The notes under the pieces were generated by a model. It was not told the origin of the DNA. It ran no database searches and was given only the letters and a program-made list of their open reading frames with translations. A program made the position numbers and the translations under genes. A stretch of 62,269 nt of DNA, filler included, from Rhabdomonas costata (lineage: Eukaryota): NCBI GenBank assembly GCA_019059605.1. It is 23 parts of 23 records of this genome, joined end to end, with 100 filler letters (N's around TTAATTAATTAA, not from the genome) between each part and the next. Parts side by side here need not be neighbours in the genome. Positions count along the whole stretch, not along the records: positions 8,143 to 10,755 come from JAHMHO010002624.1; positions 10,856 to 13,468 come from JAHMHO010002625.1; positions 13,569 to 16,183 come from JAHMHO010002626.1; positions 16,284 to 18,895 come from JAHMHO010002627.1; positions 18,996 to 21,608 come from JAHMHO010002628.1; 18 more parts are not named here. The stretch is one strand, 5' to 3'. Shown one piece after another: positions 10,390 through 21,608 of the stretch; position 1 is the stretch's first letter, and each line of letters starts with the position of its first letter.

Positions 10390-13300
10390 CTGAAAACGGA
10401 GCAAAAGACGGTAGGAAAGGATTTCTTACTGTGGTTGGTGTTTGGTATTCAGTGTTTGGATGTTAAACTTTGCTACCTCTCAATCTTACCTCTTACCTTT
10501 TTTGAGCTGTGGACTCAGAGAGTTGTTTCCTTGAACTGCGAATCGAGTCTACCTGATTTATCTCAAAGAGTGACGTCTGTGACAACATTGGCCTGCGAGT
10601 AGGTGACAGCAGGGTCAACGGAAGAATGTGGTACAGAAATCATTCATTTTTCAATTCAATTGCCGCTACTGGCTTTCGATCACACGATGAGATGCTGTCC
10701 GTTCCAGGAACTACTCAAGAAAATGGTTGCCTTGTGCGCGAAATAAAACCCCCCCNNNNNNNNNNNNNNNNNNNNNNNNNNNNNNNNNNNNNNNNNNNNT
10801 TAATTAATTAANNNNNNNNNNNNNNNNNNNNNNNNNNNNNNNNNNNNNNNNNNNNGTGTTGGTGTGTTTGGGGTTGTGGTGACTGAAATTATGTCCTGGA
10901 AGCTCGCTGGTGCACTTCAGGTCAATGAATAAAGTTCCTTGTTGTGTATGTGCGTATATTCTTTTCATGGTAGCAGTGTGGACTGCACAAAAATGGATAT
11001 AGTTATATCAAAGGAATCTCAAGACGCACAACTTTGGAACAGGGGAGGGAATACAAGGATATAGTATTAAAGAGCAAGCACCAATATAACATAGAACAAC
11101 ATAGAACAATTGGCAAGTGGTTCCGAAGCCACAAATCACACACAGCTTCACCAAAAGATGGAGTGCATGGGGGGGGTGTGTCGATGCATGAGGAAGGGCA
11201 AGCTTGCCGCACGCCACAACAAACATACAGCCTGACAGCGTGTTCAGAGGGGAATGCGCGGGACTACGGTCCGAGGGCCATCTAATTCGACGGGTATCCA
11301 GTTGTTCAGTTGTTATAAAATATCTGTGGCGAAGTTAGACACCTATGCAGAGCTTGAGGTCTGAGTCTTCTGAAAGCTTCGCACGCGAGGACTTGCAGAA
11401 GACCAGCTTCTCCACGAAGTTGTCTGGGAGAGACATTTTAAGGGATGCTGCGCGGGAGCCCCAAAAAGACAAAATAAAAACGGGCCTGAAGCGAACGGTT
11501 CGCAAAACAGAAACATAGAAACACTGAATGGCTCGAACCTGGGCACCGCCCAATGGAAAAACGTCTCCGCGATGCCTCAAGCTCTATTCATCTGCGATTT
11601 GCAACCGGTAGATGGGAGGCAAGACGGGCATCCCAATGTTTGAAGCGAACGTGAAGCAGGCATGCTGGTTTGTCTCGCAGGTTCTTGACAAAAAAGCATT
11701 TCGAATTTCAAAGAAGCATCCGCATTCCAAAAAAATTTGAAGTTTTACAGTTAAGATTTCATCGGGTCGTAAATGAAGCAAAAAAAAAGGGCTCCGAGCC
11801 GCCCGTTCTTCCTCCCTCCTCAAACGATTGGGTGCGCACACCCGTTTGAGTTTGCCTGCACATGCAGGGCACACGGGTTTTGAATATGACTGTGCAGAAG
11901 ACCACGGCACAAACGCAATTACGACGACTTGCGGTCACTTTCGCACCGCTTCCCATTCACTACTTCTCAAACCATCAGCCGTGTCCCAATTTCTCCCAAT
12001 CGGTTTCTTCTCGCCCGCCAAAAAAACAATCCAGACAAAATACTAGCACAAAGAGTGCCTGCGGTTTTCGACAGACAGAAACAGGCTCCACCTCTGCACT
12101 TCGGACAGGGACGGAGGAAAGACGGGACCAAAACAAGTAAGTAAGAAAGAAAGGCCTGAATCGCTGTGAGACGTGGTGCAACACAAATGGAATGGAGGTG
12201 ACAAGAGAAAACCAACCTGGAATGGAATGAGCTCCATAAAGAGGTGAATCGAGTAAAAAGGTGCTTTCCATAAAGGTTTCGGTGCGGCGGTACTGTCAAA
12301 CTTGGGGTAGAGGTACCACATTGTTACAGGTCTTCTACCGGGTAGTATTGGAAGTGTGCGTAAGTGTGTGTGTGTATGTCTACGGACCAACCACCACTTT
12401 ATTGAAGACATGTATGAGGAGGTAGACTTCAAAGTATGAGGAAGGCGGGAGGTCGACTGAAGAGAGAGTTTCAAACGGGCGGATGTTTGAGACGCAGTGG
12501 AAGAAGAGGATCACTCACCCTCTCAGTTTCGAAACTGGTGGTGGACGCTCACACAACAAAAGCGGGAATGCCGACTACCTTTCATCACCCCCATCATCTG
12601 TTTCCATCGTCCTCTGCCATCGAGAGGCGCACTTGCGCCTCGGCACAGTCATGCTGCAAAAACGCAGCGGCACTAAAGACAAGCGGTCATGAGGCGACTG
12701 CAGTAACTGCAGTCTGAACTGACTGAAGTCACTGAAGTGCTGACTGACTACCACAAAAGAAGGGTAGGGAGGAGGCAACCAGAAGTCCAGCGTGTAAAGC
12801 TGCGGCCACATAAACAAGCGTTTCGCTAAAAAAAAAAGAGCATACACACATTGAAAATACCCATGGCAAGATGTACAAAAGCAGCCATCGCCGGGATTAA
12901 TTCTTTACTTTGAACGCACGCGACTCTGGACCCAAGTGTGCACTGCACATCTGATACACCAAACTCAATTGCAACTCAAACCGGTGTCTGTCTGTCTCAC
13001 GACCAAAAGGTCATCGCCCATCACCCATTATTGTCCTGACATTCACTCAGTCAATTTCTCTTCAGCCTCGACACAACCGATCACCCTAAAACATTTACAA
13101 AACCGCTGAATAAATGCGCAGATGGAGGAAGCTGCAACATCACCGATTGTGCATGTCCGAAAATTCTCTGGGCTCCTTCTGCAACTCTCACCAACGATGT
13201 TAGAACATGAGCCATGCCGAGCGTAAAGGTCCGTACTTGTCAAAACGGTCCCATCCACACGATGAGAAGAAAGGAGACACATAAAGCAACGAGAAAACGA

Positions 13301-15497
13301 AGAGCCACTCTAACTAATGCATGCTAGAAATGCACTCCGGTCAACAAGAGTGACACGTGAGAAAAATAGGGGAAGGGGGGACGGAATGATGCTGAGATGC
13401 ACCACTGCATTTACTCATCCATGATTTCTGGCCATGCCAGCTTGCTTCTTCGCCAACCCCCACCCCCCNNNNNNNNNNNNNNNNNNNNNNNNNNNNNNNN
13501 NNNNNNNNNNNNTTAATTAATTAANNNNNNNNNNNNNNNNNNNNNNNNNNNNNNNNNNNNNNNNNNNNGTGTTGGGTGTGGTTGGTGGTTTTGGTGGGCT
13601 GCGTCACGTGTTGGGTGTTGGGCGTGTCTGCACTGGACATCATCGGAATACCACACGAGTTTCTGACGGGGTCAGTGTACGCTTCTGCATCTAGGGAGCA
13701 TACGGAACGGAGTGGAGTATGCGACCAGCAAGAACTAGGGGGCCCCACGAACATGAGCATAGAAGGGGTAGAAAAGTAAGGTGAGACCTCTCTAGCATGG
13801 GAGCGGAGGCGGACTGGAGCACCTGGCACGGATATCACGACTTGCTAGGCATGCCGGTTGGGCTCATATTTGGGAGGATGGTAGCACTGCTGAGTTGAGT
13901 TTATTGGTAGTTTCCCAGCCTCGGACTGCATCTATCTCTTAGTCCTTTTTAGGCCCTGTTCGACTTTGCCGCATTTTTCAAGGGCCAACTACTTTTAAAC
14001 CTTTGCAGGCCTGTATGGAACCTAATCATTCGACTAGGCCTGCTGAGCCCACCGGCAGGTAGCTATGGGTTTTTCTTTGCGGTTTTCTGCATAGGTTGGT
14101 CATCAACAAGAGCAAGCACGCTTGGAAGCTGCACGTGGGCAACTGGTGGCAAAGTGTGAGGATCTGGAGGAGAGTCTGAAGGTGTGACCTGTGAGTTCTA
14201 GGGAAAACTCTGCAGATGCGCATAAACACACAACATCACAGCACTACGGCGACACAAAATGCGGCAGCAGAACGGGGCGGAGAAGAGGATACCCACTATC
14301 AGGAATCTCATTGCAGAAGACAAATATGGTTTTTGAAAAGACGGCGCTGCCCAGGTGCACCATTTAACACCATTTATAGTGTAAGTAAACACCTTCCTCT
14401 TTCAAACGATGACGATGATAGTAAGTCAAGAAAAGACGATAGTAACTGGAAACAAACAGCCGCGTGGTAGTAACGCAAAAAAATGTTTGCCATCACGTTT
14501 TGAATGACGGCAGGGGAGGGGAAGGCCAAGTTCGGAACCGGTTGCATTAATCCCAATCGGCTCACCACAAGAAAGTTTCGAGCGCATCCCCAATTTCGCC
14601 GCCACGTTTGAATGATGCGCGATGAATCCCCGAAAAAGATATTTCTGTTTGCTAGCGTGTCCTGCTAGTTGATGAAATTTCAACAACAAATCATTGAAAT
14701 TAGATTTAGATTGTGAACGCTAAAAAGTTAGGTAAAAGATGAGCAATAAAATAGATTTTCGTCTTTGACTTAGGGACTCTTAAAGATTAGGGACTCCTAT
14801 CTTTTTTCACTTGTCGTTTTTTAGCGGTAGTCATCACAGTAACCTCTTCGAGGCACCTCACACCAATGCCAAAGTTGTAATGGGACGCGTTCATGCCATT
14901 CTCCTTACACTTTTTCTGTGGTGGTTGCTCTTTCGTCTCACCCAAAAAGGGGAGTCTTCAGTAAAAACACAACCGAAAAAATGATTACACTCAGTGCTCT
15001 CCTTACACTCCCGTCGCTTCAGTGCCCAATGCTGACTCAACCTTGTTGATGTCCGGTGTCGCATGGGTGCTGTTTTTGTGCGGCACAATTTTTGTCACTC
15101 TCAATATTCTCCCGTCGCTTCTCCCGTCGCTTCATTAGTGACTCTACCCCGGGGATATGTCCGGGTGTGCGCTATGTTTCTGAAAGTACCCAAGAAATAG
15201 AATAGAAGGCCAAGCTGGCCTGAAGTCCTGCGTGAGTACACCTGAGCTCCCGAAAGGCTGCGTGGCCGTGGCCGGTCCTGGGGGTCAGGATGTACCCCCG
15301 GGTTGTCTTGCCCCTCGTCGGCTCTTTCGTGTCCCTATTGCGCCACATTTTATTGACAAAAACCACCCACCCTAAACGGTTTCAGGCAAAGTAGCTCTTG
15401 GCCGCCTGAAGGTGACAAAACTGTGCTTTTCAGAGCTACTTTTTTTTTTGTGGTAGTGCTGCAGACCTTGGTCGAAACAAGTTTTTTTTTTTTGCAG

Positions 15498-15680
15498 AAA
15501 TCAGAGGCTGAGCGTGCCAGTCTTGAGTCGCTGGCGCTTTCGCGGCTTCGAGCCATGGAGGCCTTGCAGGCCGAGCTGGCGATGATCTCCACGCAGCTGG
15601 AGCAGGAGCGCCGCAGGGTTGCCGAGCTGGAGGCGGAGGTGCAGACCTCCCGAGAGGAGCTTGCAATGAAAGAAACCCGT
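15498..15680 (+). CDS. Internal exon of a coiled-coil protein
   Basis: Strong poly-T-GCAG acceptor, GTGTG donor and GC3-rich codons. Translation KSEAERASLESLALSRLRAMEALQAELAMISTQLEQERRRVAELEAEVQ is heptad-like. Confidence 0.6.
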
Positions 15681-16420
15681 GTGTGCCCATTTTCCTCATG
15701 GCGAAGCTTTGTTTGTTTGAAGCTCCCTTTTTAAACTCGATATCGCCGCCGGCCATCGCTGGAAGTTTGTTACCGCTTCGATCGTTCGGGAGTGATTGCT
15801 ATGCATCAGCCCACAGACCTTTTGAACTCCTCCCCTCTAATTTTGGTGCAGTCTAGTTGCTTTCCCGTTCCCCGACAGGGCTCACGTTGCCTTCAGCACA
15901 CAAAATAAATCAATGTTGATTTAATCATGAATCTCTTAATTTTATAAAAAAAAATCAAAGAAGAAATCGAATTTCAAGTCCGAATTAAACCACATCCATG
16001 CCAGTGCAAGCATGGTTGAAGCGTGAGGGTCATTCTGAAAAAGAAGAAGAACAAGAAGAAGAAGCACAACGAAAACCCAAAGAAGAAGAGCTCGTGTTCT
16101 ACGGTTGAGTTTTGCGGCTCCCGAACTGCGCTCTTGGTGTACTGGACGCATTTTCTGCTGGAAGGCTTGAGCACCCCAACACANNNNNNNNNNNNNNNNN
16201 NNNNNNNNNNNNNNNNNNNNNNNNNNNTTAATTAATTAANNNNNNNNNNNNNNNNNNNNNNNNNNNNNNNNNNNNNNNNNNNNCAGCTTGAGTTACTCGT
16301 ACACCGTGCCCCCCCTTTCCCTCACTCCTTGGTCCGCGCGCAAGTCCTGAAGACCAAGCGGTCGATAAACGTACTTTCTCCGTCCCCAAGTCCTGAAGCC
16401 CAAGAGGTCAAAAAAAAACA

Positions 16421-16531
16421 CTCTCTCCGTCCCCCCTTCCTTCATTGCAAAGCGTTCGCTTCTTTCGCTCGCGTCGTGCTCTTTGCGGTTCCTTCGCTTC
16501 CCGTCGCGCACGCACATTTGCAACCTCAAAA
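16421..16531 (+). promoter_or_regulatory. Polypyrimidine tract with AG upstream of the start codon; candidate spliced-leader trans-splice acceptor
   Basis: C/T-rich tract followed by AG at 16451-16452, about 80 nt before the ATG at 16532. A similar tract lies before CBS (~44925-45020). The trans-splicing role is inferred from the presumed euglenozoan identity. Confidence 0.35.
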
Positions 16532-18088
16532 ATGGCGTCTCGGCTCGCCCTTCTGTTGGCTCTTCTGCTGGGCGCTGCGCTGGTGGGGATGGTGTGCCCT
16601 TCGAAGGTTTCGGAGGAGCCTTCGGACCTTCCCGAGGGCCGCGTTGCTTCGCGGGGTTGGGGCGACTCGATTGAGCGGTGGAGCGTTGCCGCAGGTCAGG
16701 CATACTGTTTCTGTATTGTGTGACATCACGGAATTGTTTTCATTCTTCCTTGCTCTTCAATTTTCTCTTCGATCTCTTTCTCACTGTTAAATCTGGTTGC
16801 CTTCCCTGTGCTGAACGCTTAAGTAAGCCTAAAGGGCACTTCATCCATCAGATATATCTCGAGGCTTTGAAGGGGGGGGGGTCTCGAGATTATATATTTG
16901 GCGGATAAAGTTCCTGAATTCTGCTTCCGGACAAGTTGAAGCACTTTTTTGTTCGTGTTTGAGTCGGATGGGCAGACAATCGCTGAAAAGAGTCATCCGA
17001 AAACCAGCCTCACTTCCCCGACTTTGCCATTGACGCCTTGATCTGAGCTATTTCCTTTCACCAGGACTGGCCGAGGCGGCGAAGCAGAACAAACCCATCA
17101 TGATGGTCATCCACAAGACGTGGTGTGGGGCGTGCAAGGCCTTGAAGCCCATTGTAGCCGCCTCACAAGAGGTCAGCAAGCTTTCCAAGTATGGGAAGAG
17201 CGCTGGATTTTTTCATTTGGATTTTTCCAGGCATAGACACAACGGTTTTGCAGTTTTCGTTGGGTATGTTTTCTTGTTGTTGTTTTTTGGCTGTGTACGA
17301 ATTCATCATTTTCATATGCTTCCCCGTCAGCATTCTTATGGGGGCCGACGGGTGTTTACATTTTGTAGATGGACACCATCGTTGATGCACTTCATTTTTG
17401 ATATACCTAATCTACCAGTAATGATATGGAGTGAAAATTGAGAGAGAGAGAGAGAGAGACTTTGGCAGCTGTATTGAAGGGCCTTCATGGAATTTTACAC
17501 CGCGGTGGTTCTTTCCGGTTTGCGATGTGGCCCTTTCTAAAACAAGGGAATTTGTTATGATCAATGCCGAGGACGATGAGGAGCCCAAAGGAGCACAGTA
17601 CACCCCTGATGGGGGGTACATCCCTCGAATTCTCTTCCTGAACTCCAAGGGCGAGGTGGACTCCTCTTTGAAGAACTCTGGAGGTGAAGTCCCTTGACTC
17701 TGCACAGTGTGGTAATGCGTTCATTCCGGCCACTGTGGTTTGTTCTCATTATTGCAACCACTTGTTTGGGTGGTTTTAGAGTTGGACGCATTCGAAAGTG
17801 ACCCTTGCAAGTACCTAGCAGATCGAATATATTGCTCTTCTTGAAAGCACTTGAATATTCCCTTCCTGCCCCAGGTGTGTACAGTATGTTCTGAGCACAC
17901 GAACCGATTTCATCAATTTGACTGCACCAGGCCTTCTGGAACGCTGAGGTAATCTGTTGAGCTTGGGGCATGGGTCGCCCGCAGGAAACCCCTCGTACGC
18001 CTACTACTACTCCAATGCGGAGGAGATAGTGAAGACCATGAGCAAGGCGATCACCAAGCTCGGGAAGGGAGCTGAGCCAGAGCTTTAG
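16532..18088 (+). CDS. TXNDC12: Thioredoxin domain-containing protein 12 (ERp18/ERp19)-like, complete 4-exon gene
   Basis: Exons 16532-16694, 17065-17188, 17547-17683 and 17985-18088, all GT-AG and in phase. Signal peptide [39 protein letters not shown] (CGAC active site), [34 protein letters not shown]-terminal EPEL-stop. Confidence 0.93.
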
Positions 18089-19806
18089 ATTCTAGTCCGG
18101 CCCTTCTTGCGGCCATCGCATGCAGCCACAAATGTTTGGTCGAGATCTGTTTCCTTGTGTGCCGCAATGTGGCGAGCATACTCCGCGGTGCCCAAGAGTC
18201 CATTTACTTCCGCTTGACTTGATCCGTGAGTCCGAACTGTTTTCAAGCGGTGTGATCTACATTCCACATATTTTCGGATGAAGGGTGCTGTTTCTCCGTG
18301 TTTGCTGCCATTCCTGTGCGTTTTGACCTTCTGATCTCCTTGAACTTCGGGCTTTGTGACGCCCCTGACAGGTGCTCGTGACTGTGAACCGATCCACACG
18401 GGGTAGAGCAAAAGCCAATAATTCCTGGCACACCGCCGCGCCGCGCAGCTTGACAAACATGACTCACTCTGCGGAGACGTCATCAGAATAAATTATATTG
18501 ATTCGGCATTATATCAGTTGAGAAACGCAATGTTTCTAAGCTGCTCTTTTGGAGGCAGGTATGAGGGCTTCCAGAAACCATGCAATGGAGATTTTCAAGG
18601 TTGGTTTTGCTGCCTCCTTCCCCATTTGGGACATGTCCGGTCTTTGTCGCAGTCACTTCCGTTGATTCTCAATGAACAAACCTTCGAGTTGCACCTCCAA
18701 CTCTGCACCAATATGGCATCAAGTCAAATCTGACCAGCCTAGGCAGCTGGGGCAAGAAATGCTACGGAACATTGCTACGTGCATAGTATTTTCGGGTCTC
18801 GATTTTGGAAAGTTATATGGTAAATGGGACGTGCAAGCGCTACTGCGTGTACAATGCCTGTATTCACTCAGTAGCGCTTGCACGTCCCAACAACCNNNNN
18901 NNNNNNNNNNNNNNNNNNNNNNNNNNNNNNNNNNNNNNNTTAATTAATTAANNNNNNNNNNNNNNNNNNNNNNNNNNNNNNNNNNNNNNNNNNNNGTTGG
19001 GGTGGGGAACGGGTGGCATTGGCGGCCTAAAGCATCTCGGGATATCATTCAGCCGCCGAGCAAAATGGATCTGTTTAGGATGGGAAAAAGAGCAGCGCCG
19101 CCGCAGTCTCCCAAGGCAAGGGTCTTTATTTGGCCGGATGTTTGTGGCCGGTCACGGCAGGCGTGGGGGGAATGGGAGAGGGGTGTGGAGGGAGGACAGG
19201 CGAGCAACGGCTTGGGTGTAACTTTGGAAGTAGCGATCCCTCTCAACCAGTGGCGACTTCCACGAAGGGCAAGCACGCCAACACAGCTTTCGGACTGCTG
19301 CCGCGTGGAAATGTTGGAGCGCTCTACACCGAAAACGCAGCCAGCCCTACTCAAATTCTCATCCCTTATTTCAACTCTTTTTGCACCTAGAACGGAGACG
19401 CAACTGCCCTGCTTCACAGCTGCAAATGCTATTACGTCAAGATCCCCTTGCCCTCCACCAAGAAAAGCTTTCCATTTTTACGATGCCTTACCCCGATCGA
19501 CCAAGTACAGAAATCCCGCCCTTCAAAAGCAAAGCCTTTCTTTCGCCCATGCACATTTTCCCGATATCCCGAAATCAGAAAGCAACCGCACCCCAAGAAC
19601 CTCCTCCACAAGACGAAACCCAGAATGCCGAAACGTCAACAAGCATCGGTTCGGGTTCAGAGGCAGTGCGTGCCGAAATATAAATGATGCGCAGCAGCAC
19701 AGAGATATAACTCAGCCCATTCTCATGCGAAGGCTGATGAATGCGAACCCCACAAAACTAAGGCCACGGACTTTCCACACCCTGTGACGGAGGAAAACAA
19801 AAAAAG

Positions 19807-19889
19807 GGTTTGGAAACCACGGCGTATACCTTTCAGGGTGGAAACGACTCCGCCGGTGTGGAAACCACTGCGCTTACCTTTTAAGGTGG
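19807..19889 (+). repeat. Imperfect direct repeat, two copies of ~35 bp at 48-bp period
   Basis: GGTTTGGAAACCACGGCGTATACCTTTCAGGGTGG versus GGTGTGGAAACCACTGCGCTTACCTTTTAAGGTGG. Confidence 0.6.
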
Positions 19890-21128
19890 GTATCACTCGA
19901 CTACGAGGTAACACAGACTCTGCTGCCAGGCACGGTTCCAAAATCAAATAAAGTGAACAGCTCATGTGAAAGCGTACGATGACTATACGAGACTTGACAC
20001 ACTAAGCAATATGCCCATTGTAGAAAGCAGGCGCCCATTGTAGAAACCAAGCAATCGATCAGAAAGTACTGAGTGTCCCATATAAAAATGTTTCAATATG
20101 ATTGTTGACGAAAGCACAGGATGCCCGCACATACCACACCTCCGGGTCCCAGGCTTTGAGCAACTTTTTATTCAAAAATATTGGGACATTTTATATGGGA
20201 GACCCGGTAGATGGGCAAGGTTGGTGCACACATGTTTCATCTTTTGGTTCTGAAGGGGTGACACAACCAGCCTCCTTTCCCCGCCTCTGCACCGGTCTGT
20301 GCACCAATCCCCGATCGTCAAGTTACACCCGGAAATGAGGGGGCGGAATTACTCGCCTCGGTCAGCTCCTGACACCAATCGGTGGGTGACTTGCACACTG
20401 GACTTGTTGGGGTTCGAGCAAACCGGAAAACCTGGCACGACAGCCACTGCGTTGACAGCATTCGCGGTTTCCTCGCATCTGAATCACCTCAAACGCCAAG
20501 TTATGGGGTGTTGAAGGATCCACTAGTGCTTCTGAAGGAAGGTCGACGTTATCAACATTACATCAGAGAAAACCATCCATTTCCTTGGCACAGCAGCGGC
20601 CAACAACCCAGTTGCGTGCTTTCAGTTTGATGAAGCACTCACGGTTGTGTAAGGAGGGGGCGGGGAGGACAAAACAACAAACCGTGTCAGCCGTGCATTG
20701 CGCAGAATTGCGAACCGTCCGCAGCCAGGAACGGGCACCCAGGATAGGCACAACATGACTTTATCGAACTGCAAAATGACACCACAACAGAGACCGTTGG
20801 AGCCTTCGCGGCGGGGGGAGCGGGGATAGGGCGGTCACCATCTTCACAGCACCCGCACTTCGCCGATCGTGCCGCAGGCCTTCGCTGCTCGTGCGCATTT
20901 TTCAAAAAGCTCATACCAAACATCCATCCTCAAAAAACTAGAACAAAAAAGTCACTATGTGATTCCCCTTTCACGGACACGTTGAGAGACATTTCACAAA
21001 AAATAGGAGACACTTTGGACCTGCACAGTCAAAGCCATACCCTCTAATTCAAAACACTTTCTCCGACAGGTCAACTGACCCAAACCTCCCCGCGCATGAC
21101 GAAAACCGAAACAGGTTGTTCCTTAAAA

Positions 21129-21608
21129 TTAAAAGGAAAAAAGATGAGACCAAGAAAAAGCCCAACGGAAGATACTCCAGAAGCCCAACACGATCATGTG
21201 CCACCTTGATTGCAAAGACCTGAGCGCATCCTTGGCTTGCACGTGCCCCTGATCTGCCGCCTTCCGGTACAACTCCATCGCCTTCGGCAGGTTCTTTTCC
21301 ACCCCGTAGCCATTCTGGTACAACTGCCCAAAATAGAACTGCCCGTCCGCGTAGCCCTGCTCCGCAGCCTTGCCGTACCACTCCGCGGCGTTCACCAGGT
21401 TCCTTTCCACCCCGTGGCCGTTCTGGTAAATGGCCCCGAAGTTGACCTGCGCCTGGGCGTAGCCCTGCTCTGCGGCACGACGAATCCATACCGCGGCCGC
21501 CTCCAAATCTTTCACCGTCCCCTCGCCCAAGCTGTAGGCAGCTCCAACATGATACTGCGCGGCCGCGTGGCCCTGCTCTGCAGCCCTCAGGAACAAGGCG
21601 CTTCCTCG
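21129..21608 (-). CDS. Sel1-like repeat protein (partial)
   Basis: Four AA(E/D)QG motifs at 36-aa period (e.g. AAEQGYAQAQVNFGAIYQNGHGVERNLVNAAEWYGK). The true exon probably ends at a GT donor near 21205-21220. Confidence 0.92.
   Translation of the reverse strand, partial: RGSALFLRAAEQGHAAAQYHVGAAYSLGEGTVKDLEAAAVWIRRAAEQGYAQAQVNFGAIYQNGHGVERNLVNAAEWYGKAAEQGYADGQFYFGQLYQNGYGVEKNLPKAMELYRKAADQGHVQAKDALRSLQSRWHMIVLGFWSIFRWAFSWSHLFSF

Noticed and set aside
11343..11436. Possible first exon MSLPDNFVEKLVFCKSSRAKLSEDSDLKLCI (-)
   Set aside because: It has coding-like codons and a donor, but the next candidate exon hits a stop and no family is recognisable.
19002..19787. 261-aa plus-strand ORF
   Set aside because: No domain motifs, no GC3 bias like the real exons, and no clear splice signals.
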